64,000 nt of DNA from Utricularia gibba (taxonomy: Eukaryota; Plantae; Magnoliophyta), in assembly GCA_002189035.1 (NCBI GenBank), contig CM007990.1, positions 1,736,001-1,800,000 of the forward strand, read 5' to 3'. Under the pieces are notes generated by a model, which had not been told where the DNA came from, did not search any database, and was given only the letters and a program-made list of their open reading frames with translations. Shown here piece by piece: positions 1 to 12,697 of the stretch. How positions within the stretch are numbered: position 1 is the first letter of the stretch; each line of letters opens with the position of its first letter. Position numbers and translations under genes: made by a program.

Positions 1-489
1 AATTCGCACCTTCTCCTTCTTTCCTGCCTGTTGCTATCCGCAGAATGCGTATACTAAAACATGCCGTGTTTTCCCTCTGTTCCCCTCCCACCCCACCATT
101 CATTCGCAGAAAAGATGGGATTTTTTAGGAGACTTAAAAGCAACTTCGAGCCCTCCAAATCCTCACGTTGTTGTTGTTGATGATGTTGTTTGTGCAAACC
201 TCGCCACCCGACAAGCAATAAATATCATCGAAGATTGGGGCTTTTGATTTAAAGCATGTGTAGTTTGTTCTAGGCTGAAAGTCCAATGAAAATTTTGATG
301 TAAAAGAAGGCAAGACTGCAGAGCAAAATATGCTTGAAAATCTTATCCCACAAGAGATCACAAAGATGAAATCTTTTTTTAAAAAAAAACGAATGAAATT
401 GGGAAAAAGAAACAAAAGATAGGACAAGTTTTCCAATGGCATGCCAACATTAACTCGTCCCATTGAATGCTGTACATCGCCGCCATGGC

Positions 490-673
490 TATATAAATGC
501 CCCCAGGCACCCCTCGTCTTCCTACTAAAACAACTCTCCAAACATGCAGCACCTCAGTTGCCTCTCCGACAAGTAAGAATCCTCAACGAGACTTTTTCGA
601 ATCCCCTTTTGTCTGTTCGCGTGTCAATGTCAATGTCGATGATGATCCCCTCCCTCTTCTGTCTGCTTTTCAG
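490..673 (+). promoter_or_regulatory. TATA box and 5'-UTR intron of the GIR-like gene
   Basis: TATATAAAT at 490-498; donor AA|GTAAGA at 573; pyrimidine tract ending TTTTCAG| at 673; ATG 23 nt downstream. Confidence 0.6.
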
Positions 674-695
674 GTTGAACAGCAAGCCCTGTAAG

Positions 696-953
696 ATGGA
701 AATGGAGCACATGGACAGCAATCTGCAGCTTGAGCTGAAGCTGAGGCTATCTCCACCCGGAGAGCATCGGGATCGAATCCTTTCCATAGCCGCAGCCGAG
801 GTCGATGCTGCAGGCAGCTCGATGATGTTGGTAGGGTGCCCCAGGTGTCTCATGTATGTTATGCTGCTAGGGAGTGATCCAAAGTGCCCCAAGTGCAAGA
901 GCACTGTTCTGCTTGACTTCCTAAGGGAAGACAAGCACTTCATCAACACTTAG
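696..953 (+). CDS. GL2-interacting repressor (GIR1/GIR2)-like small protein, 85 aa
   Basis: From ATG 696: MEMEHMDSNLQLELKLRLSPP...MMLVGCPRCLMYVMLLGSDPKCPKCKSTVLLDFL. An LxLxL EAR motif followed by SPP and the C-terminal CPRC...CPKC block are characteristic of the GIR family. The longer ORF from 441 starts upstream of the TATA box. Confidence 0.88.
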   Translation: MEMEHMDSNLQLELKLRLSPPGEHRDRILSIAAAEVDAAGSSMMLVGCPRCLMYVMLLGSDPKCPKCKSTVLLDFLREDKHFINT

Positions 954-1153
954 AGCAACACTGTGCGCCTTCTGTGTTAGCTTGTTGCACCAACAAAAAC
1001 CTCTATAGTTTTTCGCCATTTGCAGCTTTTCTAAGAGGAGTTCCTTTCGTGTATAAATTAGTTTGGACCCAAAAATTTCCACCTGTTCAGAAATCAACTG
1101 ACAAAACTAAGTACCGCTGCTGCTTATATGCCAAGAGTTTGGCTCGCTTTCTA

Positions 1154-4100
1154 TCAGCATTCTATGCGGACACTGCCGCTCTCTGATGAGATGAACTTGG
1201 GCTTCCGAGTGACCTTCACGAGGCACTGAATGACGTCTCCTACCTGGAAGTCATGGCAACCGTCGATCACGAGCCCGCATTCGTTCCCCTGGCCAACAGC
1301 CTCCACATCCTGCAGCTCACGCTTCAGAGAAGCGCAGATGCCTTCGAATACGGTTTCTCCACTTCTGAGGAGTCTCAGTGTCGCTGACTTGGAGACACGG
1401 CCATTGGTCACGCGGCAGCCGGCGATCTTGACGTCTTCTCCCTTGGCCTTGCTCCTTCCCTTGAGTTCAAAGATGTTGAGAACCTGGGCCTCGCCAGCAA
1501 CCTTGGTTTCAAGTGTCCCTGGGGCCTTTTCAACGATGAAGTTGCCGATATCCTCCAAGAGATGGTAAATCACACGGTGCAATTTTATCTGGAATCGAGA
1601 TCCATGCGATTGTGATGTTAGAAACATGTTAAAAAAATGAAAAATAAAAAGCACTGCCTCAGAGTGGCTGATTCGTACCTGCACCTTTGCTTGTGCAGCA
1701 GAATTGCTGATTGCAGCAGGAAGATCCCGAACATTGAATCCGACAATGCAAGCGCCACAAGCTTGTGCCATATCAACATCGGACTGTGAAACGGGACCAA
1801 CTCCTGAATGGATAACCTTCACAAAAACCTACCAAGGAAAAGCAGAAACGGCAGGAAGAGGTTAAACACTGGAGAAGCGTAGAAAATCAATCACGTCTGA
1901 GAATCAGGATGATAACCTGTGGACTGTTTAAGCATCTCAATGCATCGCTGACTGCTTGGACGGTGCCCTGCACATCTCCTTTGACAATAACCGGGACTTC
2001 AACTCTATTAGTTTTCTCCGCGCCATCCTCATTCTCATCCTCATCCTCATCATCTTCCAACGCTTTCTGCTTCTCCTCTTCCATTTTTATGAGCCTATCC
2101 CTTTCAATTTTCTTTTTCCTTCCTTCACTGAGCATTCTTGCCCTTTCCTCAGACTCAACAGCCACAATGTCATCACCTGCCATTGGGAGCCCCTTCAGAC
2201 CTTCGATTTCAACAGGCATGGCAGGGGTAGCATGGGAAATTGTTTTTCTGGACATGTCCCTAATGCATCTAATTTTTCCCCACTCAGCACCTACTACAAC
2301 ATGCTGTCCACAAGCAATGGTTCCTGCCTTTACTATTGCCGTGGCAAGTGGACCACGGCCCTTATCAAGCCTTGCCTCCACAACATACGCCTGAGCTGGT
2401 CCATCAATTCGTGCTTTCAAATCCATTAGCTCGGCCTGGAGCAGCAAAGCATCCTCGAGCTTGTCCAGTCCAGTCTTTTTAAGAGCTGAGACTTCAACAA
2501 CTTGAACATCACCACCCATATCCTCTAAGGCTAAGCCTTCACAGCCCAGCTGGATTTTCACTCTTTCAGGGTTTGCATCTGGTTTGTCGCACTTGTTGAT
2601 AGCAACAACAATGGGAACATTGGCAGCTGTAGCATGAGACATGGCTTCGAGAGTTTGAGGCATCACCCCATCATCTGCAGCTACCACTAGCACAACTACA
2701 TCCGTAATTGCTGCACCCCTTGCTCGCATCGCACTAAAGGCTGCATGGCCAGGTGTGTCAAGGAATGTAATGGATGCCCCAGATTGCATGCCAACAACAA
2801 ACGCTCCTACATGCTGGGTTATGCCTCCAGCTTCCTTAGCAGCTAAAGATGTTTGACGAAGGGCATCCAACAGAGACGTCTTGCCATGATCGACATGGCC
2901 CATGACTGTTACAACTGAGGGGCGTGGTAACACTTGGGCTCCTTCATCTAAGTGCATCCTGCGAACCTTGAGACCAACTTCCTACATACGATAAAACATT
3001 AGTGAAAACTGACAGACAATTCGGAAGCATGTGCTTTTTGTGTTTGGCATACAGGTCAACTTCAAAATACTGACAGGGGTCAAGTAAATACCATTGCCAC
3101 TAATTCCGCTACGTCAATACTGAGAGAATCAAACTCTGAATCAGCTTTCTCCCCAACATTTATTATCATATTCTGAATAAAAGATGTGGATTCTCCACAA
3201 CGCTTAGCAAGCTCCAAAATTGTCATGCCTTCAAAAATCTCAATTGTTTTATCATGGGAGGACATTTTGGCTCTTCTCAACTTCGGAGGTACATACGGGG
3301 TTTCCACAGGAGGTTGAGCCTCTTTCTTTTTCTTTGAGAACTTCCCACTATTTGTAGCCTTCACTCTCCTCGATAACTTTAGGCCTAATGATTCTTCCTC
3401 TTTAAACCTAGCAAGCACTGGACTTGCATGAAAGTGCCTGAAAAAAGTAAGGGTCATGTACGCAAAGTAATGCTTGAGAAAATCATCACGGAAGATCAGG
3501 GGTAAAAATCGGTTTTTAAAGATCTATGCAAGAAATAAATAATCTCCTGCTGATATGCTTCTCACTGCCTGATCCTCTACAATATGATGAAAAATTTATT
3601 TATACAAAAGCCAATTTACTACTTATAAATCAATGAACATATGAAGACTTCAGCTTCCAGGGATTTGCCCATACTAGTGAACTGGAGGATTGCTGTCAGT
3701 GTTTAAAGATTTCCCATCAAGGCCTGATAAAAATAGCCCCATTTCATTTCTTCAGTTATTTTATTTTCAAGATATTCCATCCTCCAAAGGAAAAGCAAAA
3801 TCAAGAGAGAGCATCATGAAAATTTTAATCAGCTTATAATGTAAAAGAAATACACTATGGTTAAAAAGAATGATGGTTCCATGTGATTATTCAGCATTGA
3901 CTCCTAGCAAATAAATATTCTGCTTCTTCATTTTAGCAGGCAGATTTCATGATAGAGCAAGTGAATGGTAGAACGCAGGTTTGAGAAATTAAAATTAAAA
4001 CATAATAAACACGAAAATGACTACCTCATCAAGCATCTTTCAGATGAAAAAGTGGAGTTCCCATCATCCCCATGAAACCCTATGGAGTGGAGACATCCTG

Positions 4101-4667
4101 AATTGATTGCACGCCATTGCAGCAGGCAAAAAGATGAATATAACATCATTGACGAGAAAACAAATCATAAGAAAAACCCTGTTAAACATGGCATCCCCTA
4201 CGGCCTCTAATATCAGGGTACACGCATAGAAACGTACAATGTTCATCAACAACGAAATTTAATAACTTCAAACTTACCACGAAACTGTCTAACTGAACCT
4301 GAGAGCGTTCTCGCAGCATCCAGAAGGGAAGAATCTTTACATACCACAGTCATGGCATTACCATGAGTTACGGGAAGGCCCTGCAAGCAATTGAACGCAT
4401 TTACACTAAATTTCCATGCCACTCCAAAACAGAATCAGGGTGAAACAGTTCAACATCAAGAAATACACAATTCACAAATAAAATTACTCCACAACACTGT
4501 TAGTCCCCAATTCACACACAATAAGGGCTACATTGAAATGCTTATCGACTCAGATTAAGAAATAGAAAGGTGGAATTTTAAGAATAAAAGCAAATTATCT
4601 ACTCTTATAAGGCGGAGATTGGAACAATAAAAGCACTAACCTTTCTTGCGATTGCTCTCCAGGCCAT
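1154..4667 (-). CDS. Translation initiation factor IF-2, mitochondrial (7 exons, ~732 aa)
   Basis: Exons complement(4641-4667, 4278-4380, 4025-4097, 3092-3437, 1917-2981, 1679-1828, 1154-1588), all GT-AG and phase-consistent (2199 nt). G-domain motifs [37 protein letters not shown]-terminus MAWRAIARK...RHFHASP looks like a mitochondrial presequence. C-terminal IF2 domain GQGNECGL. Confidence 0.96.
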
Positions 4668-5406
4668 CTTGGGGCGCCAATTTCCTCAGCTCAGCCTGGA
4701 CCCTATACAAACCATTAACTCAGTCTGTCAGCCAACGATAAGCGGTGGAAATAGGACGGCCGACGACGGCAGCGTAACCAGTAGCTTAATTCGGCACTCC
4801 TGAAAATGTTCGACGTATCTACCGGAAATTGCCGGGGAGAAAAGTTAAAAAAGGGGGTTGAATAAACATAATGGAGATAAAAAAACGCAACTTTTTAACT
4901 TAACAGTAAAATTAGTTATCGCTATTGACATAATTGATTTCTAAAATTTTATATACTGGATATATTAATCTTCAACATTTTTAATGTATAGAATATAATT
5001 AATCTATGTAATTCCATACCTTAGGCATTTTTAATCTCTAATATAGTTGAAAAAATGCTTTTCACAATCATTCAAATTTTAGGTATGTGTTTTGGGCATG
5101 GTTTATTTTTATGAAATAGTAAGAAAAAAACATGAGTAGTGATATCAAAAAAATGAGAAAATCGAGACGTCTTTTATTCAGAGAAATCATCAAATTGGTC
5201 CTCAATTTCATGCAGATTTTATTTCGTCCCCCTTTTTAGTGTGGATCCAATTGAATCTTTTTTTGTCTATTCTCGTGTTACTTTGATCCTCTCTGTTACA
5301 AAACCGTGTATTTTAACGGATTGACCCGGCCCTTTTAACAAACCTGACTCAAAAAATGATATATGTTGACCCTGTAAATTGGTGAACCCTAGTCGAAGAA
5401 TTGCGA

Positions 5407-5956
5407 ATGTCGAGTGGTAAGTCTCAAATCGGTGCAGCATCCGGCAAGAAGTCGAAAAAGAGGAAGGCAGGGAAAGACGTGGGTGGTGAAGAGCTATGGA
5501 CGCAAGTGAAGAGGGCATCCACGACCAATGCTAACAGGACTATCGATGAAACTATCAATCAGCTTGTGTCAACAGTAAAGAAGTTGAAGGAAGAGTTGGG
5601 TTTGGAGTCATCTGATGGGGTAAAAAATAATTCCTTGACTCCCTCTAAAGTGGAGCAGCAGGTTAGGTTTCTTTCGATTAAAATTGATGTTCATATTGAT
5701 TCCCAAGAGTGATTACAGACCATGTGTTTTTAATTCCAGATTCGGGCATTAGAGGAGGTTAATATGGATCTTGTGGAGAAAATCTGTGAAGCACAAATGC
5801 GTGTTGAGGAGGTAGGAATGTCTTGATATATTTGAGATTGAATACGATTAATTCTTAGAATTGAATGATTTATGATTTGTAAAATCTAATCATTTCCTAA
5901 AATTGTTTCAGTATCGTACTAATCTACAATAACATCTCGAAAGGTTGATTGGCTAA
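5407..5956 (+). pseudogene. Second, convergently oriented 3-exon ORF of MULE-1 (mudrB-like position; basic stretch plus coiled coil)
   Basis: Exons 5407-5661, 5740-5811, 5912-5956 with GT-AG introns in phase 0. MSSGKSQIGAASGKKSKKRKAGK...INQLVSTVKKLKEEL...IRALEEVNMDLVEKICEAQMRVEE|YRTNLQ*HLERLIG*, with one premature stop. Confidence 0.55.
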
Positions 5957-6199
5957 AAAAAAGTGCTTAGCATTGGAAGCTTATGTTGAAGAGGGTTCTT
6001 AGTATCGTGTTTTTTATTTTGAAGTAGTTTATGTTGTACAATTAATGTGTTTTAAAGAACACGTTTGTTAGTTTTAGTGGACTTGATTTTATTAAAATGC
6101 AAATTGCTGTTGCTTTAACAAGGCAGTATCACAAAAAGCCAAGGTAACTTCGAATTACAAAAGATATGCTTGACATTACAACATTTTCAAAAACTAACG

Positions 6200-8883
6200 C
6201 CTTAACAGGCCATTACTACATATGCCTTAGCAAGTGCCTTAACAAGCCATCACAAAAAGCCATTACTACATATGCCTTGACAAGTGCCTATGCCTTTGAT
6301 GCCTTCTTCTTTCCCCTCTTCCTTTTAGTGCCACTTCACTGTGACTGTGAATCCACCTGTGTGTCTTTTTTAGGACAATTCTTCTTGTTGTGCCCTTTGG
6401 CCCTGCAAATGGAGCATCTATAGGCACTGATGCTTGTGTACCTTTTGCGCGGTTCATCTTTTCGTCGACGCCAACTTTGCTTCGGTCTGCCATTTCACCT
6501 AACAGGAACCAATGGTGGCAAAGGTGGATCCCCCTCATCTAACGGCCAGTACAAGTTGCCATGCATAGGTGGGATAGGCATGCTGTAGCACATTTCATAG
6601 GCAATCACACTATAGTGAGGACTTATGAAATTGTGGATGGCTTCTTTCTTTGCCTTCAATGCTACTAATACATGTTTGCACGGTATGCCTAGAAAAACAC
6701 AAATTAGAAAAAGAAAGTATGTGCTACACTTATTAATATCAGTACCTATTAGTTGAAATTGGTGACAAGTGCATGTTTTCCTTGCAAGATCCACACAGTG
6801 CTGATCTTCGCCATCCGTGCATTCTCAATTCCATCCATCAGATGGAATAACTCTTCCAATGCCTTGTTTTTCCTCACTCAGTTGGACAATTTTCCATATT
6901 TGAGGGCATATTGAAGTCTTCCATTTTAGGTAGGCACAGAGATTTTTTGTAAAACATTCCACAAGTTTCTTTCTGATCCCCTCTAACATTGGCACCAGAG
7001 GTAACTTTCTTGCGGGCAAAATCATTGAGTTCAAGGTTTCAGCCATGTTATTTAGCAAAATATCACAAGTGGTGCCCTCTGAAAATGTGTACCTAGCCCA
7101 AAAATGCCGAGGTATATTACACATGTAAGCATAGGTACCTTCACTAACCTTCTCAAGTTCAGAAAAGTGAAGGTCGAATGCTTGTTTAGTTGCTGTTCGA
7201 GCAGCACATCATACAATGCTTTGAATCGCCATAGCCCCGTAGTCATTATCTTTTAAATTTTGGATCATATGTCTAACACAGTGCCTTACCTGGAATCAAG
7301 AGTCATATGTTAATGTGACAAAAAATAAAAAAAAACATTACAAAGTAAAAAATGTAAATCTGGATATTGGGAAGAATAATTGTGATAGCATACTTCAATC
7401 ATTTATCTCGATCAGACATGATCACATACTCTTACATGCTGTCATCCGTAATGCCAATATCCTCCTTTAAATAGATAGAAACCAGCTCTAAGCCTCTTTA
7501 TTTTATCCTTCAACAAGTGCATATGTTATTGGGTAAACTCCATTATTTGCATCTAGAACTACTGCAGTAAGCAACTCGCCCCCTACATTTTCAATCAAAA
7601 AACATCCATCTACGCTGAAAATTTTTCTACAACCAAGCCTAAAACCATTTTTACAAGAACCTAAGCAAATGTACAGCCTTCGGAATCGTTTGCGGCCTAG
7701 TTCAATAGAATCATCAACTAAATCTAATTTAACAGTCGAACCTGGGTTGGTGGCTTCTAATTGTTGGCAATAACCCATTATCTTGTTAAATTGTGTCTCA
7801 TATGTTGCCTTAACACAATCATGAACAATTTGTCTAGCCTTCCGTGCTTGATTGTAGCTTATGCAAACCTGCAATTTCCTGTTTAACTCATTTCTAAAAC
7901 TGTCTATGTCCAAGTTTGGATTTTCACAGAACCTATACATGAACCTTTGAGCCAACCATGAAGTAATGATCGTACTATTGGACAACACCTTCCCACAGTT
8001 AGATGCATGGTTGGGGTTAACTAACCTCTTAACTAACCATCCATTACCATCCTTGAGTTTACGAGCATAGACCACCCAGCCGCAATCTGGTGTTGCACAC
8101 TTAGCCTAAATGAAAAAAAAAATGTTATCCAATGCAACAACAAAAACAGAAAATAAAACAATATAAAGTTACATACTCTCAAACGGATTGAATCATTTTT
8201 TTTCCATTGAATCTCCTTTCCATTCTCAATTGCATGCCTAATAATGGCTTCTTGGGCATGTGATTTTCCAAAAAAATGAAGCCCTTCCTTAAGTTCTACA
8301 TACTTAAATCCATGTTTAGGATTGTACACTGGTTTGTGGCTACCTTCCTGAATATCGTCATTACCATCACCTATGTTTACATCTAATTCATCATCTGAAG
8401 CTGCACAATTAGGATCATTAACTTGTACTTCGTCTTCATCTTCCTCACTTACATTTTTCTGTTGTTCGTCACTAGGTTGCGAAAGCTGCTCATGATTAGA
8501 CTCTATATCGGACAACATGTAATAATCATCTTCAAGAACTATCTTATCACTGTCCTTATTAAGCTCATCATCCAAAGGTATATCTTAGAGACTAGTATCA
8601 TTATATTGTTCAAGCTCATAACATATAGTATCCAAACCCCCTTTGATCACATCATGATTGAAATACTCCAAAAAAAAAAAATACTAGCACGCCCCATAAA
8701 CTTCATTCTAACTATATCACAATCTGCCTCATTAGAAATAGTCTTCCAAATTTTATTCCTCCCTTCAATATACTTAACCCAAAAACACATACGAGTAGGA
8801 ATCGTAAACCCGAAAGGCCTTACCAAATTTAATAACATACCCACTGATAAATCGAAACCCTTGGCATCACGCAGAGCTTCCAT
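6200..8883 (-). pseudogene. MuDRA-like transposase of MULE-1, with in-frame stops
   Basis: MuDR DNA-binding region (GLHFFGKSHAQEAIIRHAIENGKEIQWKKNDSIRLRV...GWLVKRLVNPNHASNC), MULE catalytic domain (IFSVDGCFL...GGELLTAVVLDANNGVYPITYALVE), CDILLNNMAETLNS, and SWIM CTCHQFQLIG|IPCKH across an intron. Stop after VEG at 7503. Ends are approximate. Confidence 0.88.
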
Positions 8884-9639
8884 ACCTGTTCCTCATTAGT
8901 TTTGAGGTCCATCATATGCCATGAACCCACTATGACGCAAGAATACAGTTTTACACCCCATTTTGCAACCTTGCCCACAAGCAATTCCCAGTCGCAATTG
9001 ACAGAGGAACGGAAAAGATGAAATCAAGAAACGAACCTCTGAAAACGGAACATATGATTTTCGCGGCACAAATGTGTGAAATTACACGTTTAGCCTTCGA
9101 TTTAACGGAGTCAAACGACACTTCACGTTGAGGGACGCACATGAAATAACATTCACCTAATGAGGATTAAATTGGTATCACTTTAAAAATGGGGACAAAA
9201 TCGCCGCAACATGGGAAGCACTAGGGATCAAATCGGCTCGTTGGCCTCTTTTATTCACGTCACAAAGTAAAATGTACTAATGATAAAAAAAGAAGTTTGT
9301 AAATAAAAGATAATTGACAATTGTGATGGATTTTAATAGACAATGATAGAAGGAAAGTATGTTAATAAAGATCTTAGGAAGTCTTCCAATAACTTGAGTG
9401 AATTCAAAGAATACAATATGTCCTTGTATGTTAGATTTGATATATTTTTAAAGATGAGTTTTTATATTTTGGAGAATCTTTCTATCTATTGATGATTTTA
9501 TATATAAAAGGATATACAAATGATATTATCCATATATTATTTTAGAAAAAATATCTTTTTATGAAAATTATTTCCTTTTTATTTTTTGGATCATTGTTAT
9601 TAGAATTTTCAAGGTTGTTTTTTGGTTCTTAAGGCTTCT

Positions 9640-12470
9640 TGAGCTCATTATGACTTTTCGGGTGTTTGTTGGACTTTAGGTATTGGTGTGATGCCACTTG
9701 TTGGATATTATTGTAGTCTTCTATAAACCTTTTTTCCTAAGTTTTCTATGAAATTACCCCAGACATTGTATACTTAAATGTTCCCTTTCTAAGAAATATT
9801 TTCATAGATGGTGCATTATATAGTCTTTTCTAATGGTAGGTTGAGTTAGACATATTGTGCCTCCTACTTGAGACCATTATGAGACCTTCTTTTGAGCACA
9901 TCCTACGTGTGCCTTGTCCATCCAATAATGCCACCTAGGCATTTCCTTCTCGGGGCATAACTCTATTTAGATTCCTTGTTTACAAATTCATTACAATTGC
10001 AACACTAGCCTCTTTGGATAGCAATGATCTTCAGAGTGTTGTTGGACAAATACATGTTTGAGTAATGAATTTATAGACAAGCTTTGATGATTACATGTGA
10101 AGGAGAATACATCCATTTTTGGATGAGATGAGAGCACCTTCACTTGTTGATTAGTTCATATCTTTTTAGATAATATAAAATTGAGAGCCACCAATATGCT
10201 AAGCTGTTAGAAGGTCATAGAGTTCACCCAAGATGATTTAATATAGACAGCCTTGAAAGGGAAGTTTCCCTTGACAAGAGCCATATTGTCCTGATGGAGA
10301 AGTTTGATTTGTGATGTTTCTTGAGTTCTCTAAAAAATGAAGGTGTGAGTTGCGTTAGACACACGAAGAAGCATGATCCAAGTCATTGCTTGAACTCCCT
10401 AAGCCTTCAGCAAAGCTGAAACTTTCTCTAATAGTGAATATGATATCAGAAGAACATGCTGATTCTTGGGTTGAATAGTCATTGAGGAGAAAGAGAACCA
10501 CTCATTAAATATAGTCAAGTAATAGAGATCTTTGTTGGCATCTCACTTGAGAGATGGTCTTCATGTCTCAGAATTCTTGAGCGACGTTTTCTTTCCTTTT
10601 CATCACCTTGATATAGTCCTTTGGGGTGCATAATATGCGTAATATTTCTTCAGGTGATGGATGTTCCCAAACATTAGAAGTTCTTCTCCATTGAGTGTCT
10701 CTAGCTTGTATGCTTTGGCCTTTGAGTGATACCACTTTCTTAACCTGGTAGGATCCTTCCCACTTACTTTTGAGTTTTTTGAGCTTCCTTGCGGCTACAA
10801 TGCTCTTAAGTACTATGTCTCCTTATAAAATCCAAAGTTATACCTTTAGTTGCATGCTTGCTAGACTCTTTTTTTATACATAGTTATTAATGCCTGGATT
10901 TTTTTCTTTTCCATGTTCCAATAGAAGAAGCTCCAAGCATCTTAATTCTTCATTCATTTCCCTGTCATAGGCTTGTACCTAAGCACTCTCCGATTGTAGT
11001 TCTATGGGTAATAATGCCTCTATGCCATACACTATCATAAATGGCATCTTTTGGGGTGGTGGTTCTAGGCATTGTTTTGCAGCCCATAGAGTATCTATGG
11101 GAGTAGTTTGTCAATTCTTACCCAAGTCTTCCAATTTGCTCTTCAAACTTTTGAGGATACCTATTATGGTTTTCCATGTGCTTGTTAGTTTGTGGATATG
11201 TGATAGAAGTGAACTTCTAATGTACTCCAATATCATTGCATATCTCTTTCACCTTGCTTTCGATAAACTAAGTCTCATTGTCAAAAAACCAAATTTTTAG
11301 TTTATATTCATCTAGTCAAAGACTAGAATAGTATTTTACTTCAATCTACTTAGAGAAATACTTGATAGTTACAATGCAGAATTTTCTCTATCCAAAAGTC
11401 ATAATACCCATCCAGATTGAAACATTTGAGATCACAAATCCACATGTGTTTGATCCGGATGAACCTTCCATAGCCAAGAGTGATGAATTGATGTTCTTAC
11501 ATGGTTGAATGGCTCGTTGATTGAAGGTTTATAGGTTTCGGAAGAATGGTAGGTAGTTCATTGCGAGAACTCTTGGTTGGGCAACTACTTCCTCTTGAAT
11601 GAGGTTGCAAGAGCTTCCTTGATCCATTAAGACTTGGTGAACTTTGGGCATTTTTTGAGATGATAAGCGAGTCATAAACGATAGGCTATTTGAATCAAAA
11701 TTGATAAGAGATTCATAGATGGGTGAGGCCTTATAAGGTGCTTTCTCTGGGTGAAACTCCTTTAGAAGTTGTAGATTTGATACTATCGTTTCCTTTATTT
11801 TCCAGAGGAGTCTATGAACGTTTCTCTTGAGATAAAATTGATGGCCCATTCCCTTTTGGATGAATATTAACAGAATGAATTTCTGAAAGGTATAGATTAG
11901 ATGCTCTACTCCCATAAATCTTGACCGTATTTTTTGAGTGGAGGGAGATTTTTGGGAAAGGCTAGGCTATCCGGGATAATATTGTTAGCTTCATTGAAAC
12001 ATCCAGGAAGAGAAGGATCATAGAAGATGTTATAGAGCCTATGTATGTGTTTTTGGTTCAATGGCACTACCCAATTGATCTTGATCTTATTGCCTACTAA
12101 ATGAAATTTTCTTATCATGATGCAACATGTGATTCATTCCCATAGTATTTTGACTCCGAATCACATAGTCTTAACTCATCAAGGAGGTTTAGAAGATGAG
12201 GTCAGGAGACTAGGGCATGTTATGAGTCCCTAGTGTGCCTATGCAAGATAAAGGAGATCAATGTGCATATGCTTGTGGAGTTACACTTTAAAATTTCGGA
12301 GATTATTGATTCCAATCCTATGAGTTTGAACTAAAATAATTGTGAGATAGAACTCATCATGGGTAACCTCATGTCTGATCCGGACTATGATCCATTTGTT
12401 GTGAACTTCTGTGGTTGTGGACATAGCTTTGTGCATGACTGAAAACCTTTCTTTTGGCGTGCATTTGCAC
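9640..12470 (-). mobile_element. Highly degenerate Tat/Retand-lineage Ty3-gypsy remnant (RNaseH-integrase)
   Basis: Minus-strand translation with frameshifts gives DNET*F...KFTSITYPQTN (integrase core, ~11200-11290), VYGIEALLPIEL (~11000-11040) and KSKWEGSYQVKK...AYKLETLNGEELL...HLKKYY (~10640-10780), the typical Tat-type integrase C-terminus. No LTR or TSD recognised; boundaries approximate. Confidence 0.6.
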
Positions 12471-12697
12471 ATTTTATGCTACGTTTCGACGACCGGTTAA
12501 AGATGGCGGCCGAGATGGCATTGTAACCTAGTCGCCAACCAGTAACGTGGGTATGCGATGCACATGCTACAAGTTTCTTGTCTCACCCTTTGTATTCGGG
12601 CTGACCCATCAACACCAGAGAACCAGAGTACAAGCAGCAACATCAATTTCAACAGTCGTCTCCCAAGACATGATCAAAGAAGAACAGCATCAGCCTC

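Larger units (their letters stand above)
5181..9248 (-). mobile_element. MULE/Mutator element (MULE-1), 4068 bp
   Basis: Perfect 9-bp TSD TTTTATTCA at 5172-5180 and 9249-9257; termini GAG...CTC; weakly matching ~150-bp TIRs (TTCGTCCCCCTTTTTAGTGTGGATCCAATTGAATC vs rc TTTGTCCCCATTTTTAAAGTGATACCAATTTAATC); internal MuDR-type transposase. Confidence 0.92.

Noticed and set aside
441-695. N-terminal extension of the 170-aa ORF
   Set aside because: It starts upstream of the TATA box and crosses a likely 5'-UTR intron; family similarity begins only at ATG 696.
1230-2429. Plus-strand ORFs 1230-1568, 1909-2394, 1956-2429
   Set aside because: Antisense shadows of IF-2 exons.
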